From the NCBI GenBank assembly GCA_965222075.1, contig OZ244937.1, positions 4,512,001 to 4,576,000 of the forward strand: a DNA stretch of 64,000 bases, given 5' to 3'. The notes beneath the pieces were generated by a model. It was not told where the DNA came from. It made no database searches and saw only the letters and a list, made by a program, of their open reading frames with translations. The number at the start of each line of letters is the position of its first letter. Positions within the stretch are counted from its first letter, which is position 1. Below are positions 37,995 to 46,769 of this stretch, one piece after another. Source of the DNA: Candidatus Latescibacterota bacterium (GTDB taxonomy: Bacteria > Latescibacterota > UBA2968 > GCA-2709665). The translations under genes were made by a program, and so were the position numbers.

Positions 37995-40493
37995 ATGATG
38001 TTTCAAATCTTACGGGAAGCACATCCCCGGCTGTATCATCCGGCCGACGATCCGGACTACCGATTTGCGCCGCCGAAGGATGCGGTGCGTCAACGAATTT
38101 TGAAGAATGTGCTCGCGGATTGCGAGATTTTTTATTCCCAGCGACCGTGGAAACGGATTCCCGAGCGGCCGGACAGCCCGCACCCGTACCACCAGCTTTA
38201 CCTGACGTTTTATACAGGGATGCAGGCCACGGCGCTGATCGAACACTACGCGTTCGCCTGGCGCATCACCGGGGATGCGCGCTGGCTGAGGCGGGCAAAG
38301 GCCTGGCTGCTGGCGGCCTCGGGGTGGGAACACAGCGACCGGGTTGAAGAACATTTTTATACGGCGAACCGGTACATGCAGGCGTTCGCCGTAGGACTGG
38401 ACCTGATGGCGGGGGAACTTTCTGCGTCTGAAGAGGATCGTGTAACGGATTGCCTGATCGGGCTGATGAAGCGGTGGTGGCCCGATGTGGAGGCAAACCG
38501 GCACTCCCCGGATGGACGCCACCACGCGGTAGTGGACAACGGGCACTTCGGGGTGGCGGCGCTCCACCTGCTGGGCAAGTGTTCGGACGCACCGGCCTGG
38601 GTCGAGGCGGTGATCGACCGGTTTCGGAGCGGGGTGATGCCCAACGGCTGCGGGAAGGACGGGGAACCGGGAGACGGGCCGACGTTTTGGCCGTGGGAGA
38701 ACCTGTGGATGCTGCAGTTTGCGGATGCGCTGCGGAATGTGACGGGGGTGGATCTCTATAAGGAATTCCCGAAACGGCTGGAGCGGCCGCTGAAGTGGTT
38801 GCGCTACCACCTTGCGGCCCCGGAGGTGATCGAGGATTGCCTGTATTATCCGGACAACGCGAACCTGCTTTCAGGCAGCCAGCTTGATGCGTGTTCGCCA
38901 ACGCTGCTGAGGCTGTCGCAGGAGGCTGGCGACGGAGACCTGCGGGACACGGCATTGAAAGACCCCAGGCTGGGCCGATTCTACCGGTTCGGGATGGGTG
39001 TAAAGGGTTCGACCGCGGAGTGCATGATCGCTTACGGGCCGTATGTTTACTGCTATTATGACCTGGATTTTGAACCGTCCGGCCCCCGGGTTTCGCTGCC
39101 GCTGTCCCGGAAGTTCACGAAGGCGTATTACGGGGAAACGGCGCTTCTGCGCAGTTCCTGGGATGCCCGCTCGGTGATTGTCTGTATTAGCGGGTATAAA
39201 GGGGGAGGCGCGCACGGGTTCAGCAATTTGCACGTGCAGTGGGAAGGACAGCCGGTGCTGAAGACCATTTCGGCGGAAGAGGCGCAGCCGGTGGCGTGCG
39301 GCAGCCTGCCGTGCGTGGGAGGACAAAACGAGGTCGTGGCGTTTACGGGACGGCTGGAGGCCGGGGACGGGTTCGACCGGCTGGATGTGCGTTCGGTCCG
39401 GACCGAGCATGAGTACTGGCTGTTGCACGGGGAGCCGCCGGTGCTGCTGGTGGCGCTGAGGCGAAGGCCCCGGGGTGTGAAGGCGCTGCGGGAGGACGGA
39501 ACGCCGTTTGTCCGGCTGAACGGGCGGGATTGTTTGCAGTACGAGCGGAAGCCGTATTTCAACCCGCGCGCGGGCGAGCTTCGGATGCGTTTCCGGTTGA
39601 ATGCGGAGATCGACAGGAACCGACCGCAGGTGCTATTTAATACAGGAATCGGGGGCGCGGGGGGGATGGGTACCCGGGTGAACACGTTCAATCTGGGGTT
39701 CCTGAAGGACGGCGTGCTGGCGTTTTGTGTACACAGCCAGCGTAACACGGCGGTTCAGGTGGAGGCGCTGCCGGTGGTGATCAAGCCGGGGATGTGGCAC
39801 GATGTGGCGGTGCGGTGGGGCGGGTTCAATCGGCCCGGGGACTGGCCGTTTATCGAGATTGAGCTGGACGGGCGCCGGGAACGGTGTGACAACCGGGCAG
39901 CTTTCGGCGAACTGGGTCTGGACTCCCAGAATCTGAAATCGCGTACGACACCCCGGACGTTTTATGTCAAATCGAATACGCTGCTGGCGTTTGGGGGCGG
40001 GATTCAGATGGTGGACACGGGGACGAGATGCGATATTTCCCACATCGACCTGAAATGCCCGGGGCGCAGGCGGCTGGCGCTTGATTTTGAAGACGGCCTC
40101 GGGGATGAAACGGGAAACGGGCCGCTGGCCTGGAAGCTCAATCCGGTTGATCTCAAGGAAATTAAACGCACACATGCGGTGTTCGGCGCGGGGTGCCGGA
40201 GGGTGGAGGCGCTGCCCGTCTACCCGGACGATATCCGATTTGAGACCGAGGTTGTCCCGTTTGCCCCTTCAGGACTGGCCGCTGCCAGCCTGAAGCGCTT
40301 TATACCGGATGCCGGTAAACCTTCGCCCCGGGTGTTGGCGTCCACGGAAGGGGACGTGCTCATACTGGCCTTTTCGGACCGGCGGGCAAAGGCGAAGGTT
40401 GTTCGTAATGCAGAAGGTTTTTGCATCCAAACCGCAAATTCCCGGTATGAATTCGGGATAAAGGCAAGGTCGAAATCCATTCTCACCTTCTGA
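37995..40493 (+). CDS. Heparinase II/III or alginate-lyase-like protein with LamG-like domain (start uncertain)
   Basis: HPRL, AFAWRITGD..L.RAK.WL, DGEPGDG..FW, LRSSWD and a WHDVAVRW strand. The fold assignment is by motif resemblance only. Confidence 0.6.
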   Translation: MMFQILREAHPRLYHPADDPDYRFAPPKDAVRQRILKNVLADCEIFYSQRPWKRIPERPDSPHPYHQLYLTFYTGMQATALIEHYAFAWRITGDARWLRRAKAWLLAASGWEHSDRVEEHFYTANRYMQAFAVGLDLMAGELSASEEDRVTDCLIGLMKRWWPDVEANRHSPDGRHHAVVDNGHFGVAALHLLGKCSDAPAWVEAVIDRFRSGVMPNGCGKDGEPGDGPTFWPWENLWMLQFADALRNVTGVDLYKEFPKRLERPLKWLRYHLAAPEVIEDCLYYPDNANLLSGSQLDACSPTLLRLSQEAGDGDLRDTALKDPRLGRFYRFGMGVKGSTAECMIAYGPYVYCYYDLDFEPSGPRVSLPLSRKFTKAYYGETALLRSSWDARSVIVCISGYKGGGAHGFSNLHVQWEGQPVLKTISAEEAQPVACGSLPCVGGQNEVVAFTGRLEAGDGFDRLDVRSVRTEHEYWLLHGEPPVLLVALRRRPRGVKALREDGTPFVRLNGRDCLQYERKPYFNPRAGELRMRFRLNAEIDRNRPQVLFNTGIGGAGGMGTRVNTFNLGFLKDGVLAFCVHSQRNTAVQVEALPVVIKPGMWHDVAVRWGGFNRPGDWPFIEIELDGRRERCDNRAAFGELGLDSQNLKSRTTPRTFYVKSNTLLAFGGGIQMVDTGTRCDISHIDLKCPGRRRLALDFEDGLGDETGNGPLAWKLNPVDLKEIKRTHAVFGAGCRRVEALPVYPDDIRFETEVVPFAPSGLAAASLKRFIPDAGKPSPRVLASTEGDVLILAFSDRRAKAKVVRNAEGFCIQTANSRYEFGIKARSKSILTF

Positions 40494-41790
40494 TTCCAGC
40501 AGCGACCTTTTTCCCGACCCCTTTGCCGAAGACCTCGAACGGGGGGAGATTGCCGTCGGCTTCGACCCTCAGGGGACGGAGGTCGGTGAGGATCTCCAGG
40601 TCATCCCGCATTTCGGCCATGTCCAGGTAGGCGGCGGAGGCTTCGACTTCGCCCAGGTCGAGGGTGTTTGGAATCCAGAGTACCCTGGCATCGGGCATCT
40701 GGATGAGGCCGATGGATTCAAGGGCGATGTCGAGCACCTCCCGGTCGGTGGGGAAGTGCATGGGCACGGCGGCTACCGAGACGTGCTGGCCGGTAATGCC
40801 GTTGATGTACATGGCGTGGTAGTCGATCTTTTCGACGAGGCGGTCGGTGGTGAATTCGGCAAAGCCGATGCCGATGGCATTGCCGTGGGTCTTTTCGGTG
40901 AGGTCGCGCACGAAGATGCGCAGCACCCGGGGGGTCTCACCGTCCATAGCCCGCCGGTCATTTCGCTTGCGGCCGATGACGTTGGTGTCCAGGCCCGCTC
41001 CGCTGATGTCTTTGCCCATTTCGTCCACGATGAGGAGGTCAACGTCGTCGAAGGGAAGTCTGGGGCACCATGCTTTGGCTTTTATCAGGAGTTCCTTTTC
41101 GGCCGCTTCGAAGTCGGACGCGGGGACCGCCGCGATCTGAGCGGTTTCGTCATAGCCGTTTTCCAGGGTGGCCACGCCAAAAGCAACCGGCATTTTCTCG
41201 CGGACCATTTTGCCCACAATCCGCACGATTTTGTCGAAGGAGTGGTGGATGATGGCCCGGTGGTAGATGGAGGCGCCCTTGTGTTTGCCCAGGCCGATGA
41301 GCATCATTTTCATCAGGCCGCTTTCGATCTCCCCGGTGAAGCCGGTGTGGGGCTTGATCCGGTTGACGACGATGACGTGGTCGGCCTGGGAGGCGTTCTT
41401 GTCGAAGTAGACAGGCATGCCAAAGTCGGTGGCGCCGATCTGAACCACCTCCATGGAAGAGCGCACCGGGGCGCCCATGCTCTCTTGGGTGATGCCGTAA
41501 CCGGCCAGGATGGCCGCCTGCCCCTCGGCGGTGCCCCCCCCGTGGCTGCCCATGGCAGGGACGATGTAGGGCGTAGCGCCGAGGGCCTGCATCTCCTCCA
41601 CGACGGTTTTGACGATGCGGTCCAGGTTGGCCACACCCCGGCTACCGACCGAAATGGCCACGGTGTGGCCGGATTTGATGGTTTCACCGGGATTGAGTTT
41701 CCCGATTTCGCTGCGTACGGCGGCGGGGATGTCCTCTATGCGGGGCGCATCGAAGTGCTGGCGGATGCGGAACATGGTCGGGTATTCCAT
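40483..41790 (-). CDS. LarA-like (lactate racemase domain / DUF2088) protein
   Basis: AISVGSRGVAN, PAMGSHGGGTAEGQ, NRIKPHT, ESGLMKM..IGLGK, GKDISGAGLDTNVIGR. Confidence 0.8.
   Translation of the reverse strand: MEYPTMFRIRQHFDAPRIEDIPAAVRSEIGKLNPGETIKSGHTVAISVGSRGVANLDRIVKTVVEEMQALGATPYIVPAMGSHGGGTAEGQAAILAGYGITQESMGAPVRSSMEVVQIGATDFGMPVYFDKNASQADHVIVVNRIKPHTGFTGEIESGLMKMMLIGLGKHKGASIYHRAIIHHSFDKIVRIVGKMVREKMPVAFGVATLENGYDETAQIAAVPASDFEAAEKELLIKAKAWCPRLPFDDVDLLIVDEMGKDISGAGLDTNVIGRKRNDRRAMDGETPRVLRIFVRDLTEKTHGNAIGIGFAEFTTDRLVEKIDYHAMYINGITGQHVSVAAVPMHFPTDREVLDIALESIGLIQMPDARVLWIPNTLDLGEVEASAAYLDMAEMRDDLEILTDLRPLRVEADGNLPPFEVFGKGVGKKVAAGIRR
41666..41725. repeat. 60-bp direct repeat, copy 1 (inside the larA-like 5' region)
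   Basis: 57/60 identical to 43863-43922. Confidence 0.9.
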
Positions 41791-41822
41791 AGAGAGCCTC
41801 CAGAGGCGTGTGATCTATTTAC

Positions 41823-41847
41823 GGCGGACCGACCGGTCCGCCCCTAC
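41823..41847 (-). repeat. GTAG-type REP overlapping the ADH stop codon
   Basis: Minus strand GTAGGGGCGGACCGGTCGGTCCGCC; its TAG is the ADH stop. Confidence 0.65.
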
Positions 41848-43001
41848 ATGGACGCTTCGTAAAGGGCGGTGACGTCTTTTAAGGTGGTTTTACGCGGGTT
41901 GACCTGGATATTTCCGCTTTTCATAGCGTCTTCGGCCATCACCGGGATGCCTCCGGGCTTTGCTCCGGCCTCGGTGAGGGTTTTGGGAATGCCCAGGTCG
42001 CGGCCCAGGTCCTCCACCGCCTCTACGGCGCAGGTTGCGGCCTCCATGTCGTCCAGTCCCTCAACGTCGGTGTCCAGGGCTGCGGCAATGTCGGCGAATT
42101 TCTCCGGACAGGCGATCCGGTTGAAGTCCATAATGTGGGGGAGGAGAATCGCGTTGGCCACGCCGTGGGCCGTGCCGTAGTGTCCGCTGACGGGATGCGA
42201 CATGGCATGGATGTTGCCCAGGCGGGACTGTGAGAAGGCCATGCCGGCCATGTTGCTGGCGATCAACATCCGCTCGGTGGCGTCGTGGTTGTGATCGCTG
42301 GCAGCGGCCTGCCGCAGGTTTTCCGAGGTGAGACGGATCGCGTGAAGGGCCAGGCCCTCAGAAATCGGGCTGGTGGCCAGCGAGGTGTAAGACTCGATTG
42401 CATGCGTGAGAGCGTCCATGCCGGTGGCCCCTGCGATGGGGAGGGGCAGCGCAACGGCCATGTCGGCGTCCAGGATGCCGATGTCGGAGATGATTTCGGG
42501 GCCGATGACGGCGGCCTTGTAGGCGTTGTTGTCGGTGACGACCGCAAAGGGGGTGACTTCGCTGGCGGTGCCGTAAGTGGTGGGCACGCAGAGGAGAAAG
42601 GGGACACGGGTTTTGACTTTTCCCGGGCCGAAGTAGTCTTCGATTTTTCCACCGTTTGTAACGAGAACACCCGCGGTTTTGGCCACGTCCATCGAACTGC
42701 CGCCGCCCACGGCGAGCAGCCAGTCGCAGTCGTTGTCCCGGTAACAGTCCGCACAGGCGTGGACCACATGGACGGGAGGGTTGGCTTCTACGCCATCGTA
42801 GACCGCGCAGGCCAGGCCCGCACCGTCCAGTACGGAGATGACCCGGTCGACCAGGCCGGCCCGGACCAGGCCGGCGTCGGTGACGACCAGGGCCTTTTTT
42901 TTATCTCGTGCGGCGACCAGGTCCGGGATTTCGCTTATTGCGCCCCGGCCCACAACCAACCGGGTGGGCGAGAAATAGGTGAAGCGATCCTGGAATGCCA
43001 C
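41844..43001 (-). CDS. Iron-containing alcohol dehydrogenase
   Basis: GGGSSMDVAK, PTTYGTASE, GMDALTHAIE, HAMSH, HGVANA, NPR. Confidence 0.93.
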   Translation of the reverse strand: MAFQDRFTYFSPTRLVVGRGAISEIPDLVAARDKKKALVVTDAGLVRAGLVDRVISVLDGAGLACAVYDGVEANPPVHVVHACADCYRDNDCDWLLAVGGGSSMDVAKTAGVLVTNGGKIEDYFGPGKVKTRVPFLLCVPTTYGTASEVTPFAVVTDNNAYKAAVIGPEIISDIGILDADMAVALPLPIAGATGMDALTHAIESYTSLATSPISEGLALHAIRLTSENLRQAAASDHNHDATERMLIASNMAGMAFSQSRLGNIHAMSHPVSGHYGTAHGVANAILLPHIMDFNRIACPEKFADIAAALDTDVEGLDDMEAATCAVEAVEDLGRDLGIPKTLTEAGAKPGGIPVMAEDAMKSGNIQVNPRKTTLKDVTALYEASM

Positions 43002-43033
43002 GCCTGGGTTTCCTTGCAGAGGGTCAATGGATT

Positions 43034-43831
43034 CTAGTCGCGGAATGGCGCGATGAGGGCCGCTGCCGCTTCCCTCAGTACGTCGAATTCACTGCGCCTG
43101 GTGGGGCCGAAGATCTGGATGCCGCGTTCTCGCTGGCGATCGAAGGTTTCGCGGTCCTGCGGGAAAATAGCCGGCTCTACCGCGATGCCCCTGGCGAGCG
43201 CAAGCTCGATCACCCCCTCCATCGCTCCAAGCACATCCGGATGCTCCCATTGTCCGTGAAGGCCCATGTCCGCCGCGAGGTCTCCCGGACCGAAGATGAT
43301 GACGTCCACCCACTCGTTGGACATCAGGGCTTCCGCGTTCTCGATCCCTTTGCGGGACTCGATCTTGAGCGTCAGCAGTGTCGAATCGTTGGCCTCGGCA
43401 CAGTAGCGCGCCACATCGTGGATGGCTTGATAGTCCACGTTGGGGCCGGGAGCCAGCGCTCTTTCGCCTACCGGGGGATACTTCATCCAGCGCACCATGT
43501 CGGAAACCTGCTCGGGCGTCTCTGAGTGGCAGAGGCCCAGGCCGAGGGCGCCCGCGTCCAGCAAACGCGATACGAAGGCCCGGGAAGCTGCCTGAATGGT
43601 CACGGCCGGACAGAGTCCGGTGTCCCGGGCGATCACCAGAAAGTTGGTCAGCGTTTCCTCATTGTGCAGCACATGCTCGTTCTCGACCATTAACATGTCG
43701 TATCCGGCCTGGGCGACGATCTTGACGATCGACGGACGGAGGGACTCAAAAACGTTGAACGCGAACAGCGGGCCTCCCTCTTTCAGGGTTCGCTTGGCCG
43801 TGTTGGAGATCCATGGCTGGCCGGATGACAT
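43034..43831 (-). CDS. HpcH/HpaI aldolase family protein (divergent)
   Basis: GYDMLMVENEH, LLDAGA, KYPPVGER, KIES..GIEN, FGPGDL. Confidence 0.82.
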   Translation of the reverse strand: MSSGQPWISNTAKRTLKEGGPLFAFNVFESLRPSIVKIVAQAGYDMLMVENEHVLHNEETLTNFLVIARDTGLCPAVTIQAASRAFVSRLLDAGALGLGLCHSETPEQVSDMVRWMKYPPVGERALAPGPNVDYQAIHDVARYCAEANDSTLLTLKIESRKGIENAEALMSNEWVDVIIFGPGDLAADMGLHGQWEHPDVLGAMEGVIELALARGIAVEPAIFPQDRETFDRQRERGIQIFGPTRRSEFDVLREAAAALIAPFRD

Positions 43832-43862
43832 CTGGCAAAACACTCCCTGGCGTTGTCCCGGT

Positions 43863-43922
43863 TGGCCGGGCTTGATGGTTTCGCCGGGATTGAGTTTCCC
43901 GATTTCGCTGCGTACGGCGGCG
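43863..43922. repeat. 60-bp direct repeat, copy 2 (intergenic fragment of the larA-like gene)
   Basis: tggccgggcttgatggtttcgccgggattgagtttcccgatttcgctgcgtacggcggcg. Confidence 0.9.
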
Positions 43923-43969
43923 CTGGATTGTCAAATCCAGGCCATCCTCGCCGGATTTGGCAATCCGGC
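43923..43969. repeat. Inverted pair of GGATT-N4-AATCC palindromes (REP-like)
   Basis: ctggattgtcaaatccag (43923-43940) and gccggatttggcaatccggc (43950-43969). Confidence 0.6.
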
Positions 43970-44097
43970 CAGAGCAATAGAGAGAATTATCCTTCCAGAT
44001 TAGCCGAATGATGACCGTCCCTCAGTTAATCATAATCATTTTTGAGCTTCTGTGCAAGGTTCTCTTGGGAGGATGGTCATTTGAGATTTCTCGACAT

Positions 44098-44676
44098 TTA
44101 TTCAGGAAAACCGTCAGACGCTACCAGCGCTGCGACCTCTTTCAGCGTCTCCACCGAGGGGGTGTGTTCAAAGGCAGGTTGGCCGTGGGTGAGGTAGATG
44201 CAGCGGATGCCGACGCGTCGGGAGGCCTGGATGTCGTAGCGGCCGTCTCCAATGACGATGGCCTCATCTGCCGATAGCCCCAGTCCGTCCAACGCCTTTT
44301 CGATCAGGTCGCCGGAGGGTTTGATGTCGCCGTCTTCCCGGCTGAGGGTGACGTCGAAGCGGAGGCCGTAGCGCTTCAGGACGGTCTGCATCGCTTCCCG
44401 GTGGTTGTTGGTAACAACCGCCAGCCGTATGCCTTTCGACCGGAGGTGATCGACCAAGTCCACGATGCCGTCGTTCGCATCGGCATTCTCCGCTGCCGCC
44501 ATTTCCGCCCGAAGCAGCTCATCGTTGGCCCAGGCGGAGCGGTCAGGCGGCAGGCTGTCGATGTATTCTAAGAGGGTCTGCCCCGGTGTGGCCCCGATCT
44601 TTTCCCGGAGCGTTTTCCAGTCGATGTAAGGGACGGTGATGGTGCCGTCCATGTCGAAGATGACGCCTTTGAGCAT
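44098..44676 (-). CDS. HAD-superfamily hydrolase
   Basis: FDMDGT, VTNN, KP, IGDGRYD. Confidence 0.9.
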   Translation of the reverse strand: MLKGVIFDMDGTITVPYIDWKTLREKIGATPGQTLLEYIDSLPPDRSAWANDELLRAEMAAAENADANDGIVDLVDHLRSKGIRLAVVTNNHREAMQTVLKRYGLRFDVTLSREDGDIKPSGDLIEKALDGLGLSADEAIVIGDGRYDIQASRRVGIRCIYLTHGQPAFEHTPSVETLKEVAALVASDGFPE

Positions 44677-44843
44677 GGTGGTTTTAAAAAATGCGTAAAT
44701 TTGGCTTTATGACAATTCTGTACGCCGTGCTCCGGGTACGCCAGGGGACTTCGAGCAGGCTTTTGTGCCCCTATCCTCTTCTGTTGCGGGCGTAGCGTGG
44801 GTAGATCTCGGAAAGGCGGAGCCAATCCGGAAACACACCCACT

Positions 44844-45877
44844 TCACGATTCAAATATCTTCCCGATTTCATCCCGGTCGAAGGCGGGGAGGTCGGTCCA
44901 AACGTCGTTTTTACGGAGTTTGAGGCCGAAGCTCCGGTCTTCTACGCGGCCGATGATTTCGCACCGGATGCCGGCTTCCTGAATGGCATCCCGCACTCGC
45001 CCTGCATCACTTGCTGCGACGCCGATGAGGAGAGCGCCGGAGGAGATGATGCCGAGGGGATCGAGGTTAAAGGCAACACAGAGCCGGCGCGTTTCATCGG
45101 AAGCGAATAGGGCCTTCCCTTCCAGGGCGAGGCCGGTGTCGGCGGCTATGGCGAGTTCTCTGAGGGCCGTGGCCACGCCGCCTTCTGTAGGGTCGTGCAT
45201 GGCGTGCACGCGGGCGGTACGGCAGGCGATCCGGGCCTCTTTGAGGATGCTGATGCCGGGGTCGTGAAGGTAGTTTTGGGCGCTGGAGAGAAGGTCGGGG
45301 GTGAAGCCCCGGCCGGCCAGTTCGGTCTGCTTCTCCCGGGCGAGGATGGCGGTGGCTTCCACGCCCAGGCCCTTGGTCATCAAGATGGCGTCGCCCACCT
45401 GGAGGTCGGCGGATTGCACGAGGTCTTCGCGCTGCACTTCCCCCAGCATCTGGCCGACCACGATGGGGCGGTCCAGGCCGACGGTGATTTCGGTGTGCCC
45501 GCCGCAGAGGGAGACATCGATTTCCTGCGCGGCATGGTGGATGGACGCAAAGATCGCTTCAACCAGGGCGGCATCGGTGCGACCCTCGGGCAGCAGGAGG
45601 GTGGCCAGGAACCATCGAGGCAGGGCACCCATGGTGGCGATGTCGTTGGCGTTGACGTGGACCGCGTAGTGGCCGATTTCGTCGGTGGCGAAGGTGATGG
45701 GATCGGTTTTGACGACCAGGCAGGTTTCTTCAAACTCGATGACGGTGGCGTCTTCGCCCACGCGGGGCCCGACCAGGACGCGCTCGTTCGGGCCGGTGTA
45801 ACCGTCCAGGAGACGGGAGAGGAGGTCGAAGGGGAGTTTGCCGGGAGGGAAGACAGCGCTGTTTACGTCGGATGTGC

Positions 45878-45881
<4 letters not shown>
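44844..45881 (-). CDS. AIR synthase-related protein (PurM/HypE/ThiL fold)
   Basis: PGKLP, VGPRVGEDA, KTDPIT, NANDIATMGA, GGHTEIT, MHDPTEGG. ATGA overlap with the cupin gene. Confidence 0.85.
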
Positions 45882-46767
<886 letters not shown>

Positions 46768-46769
46768 CG

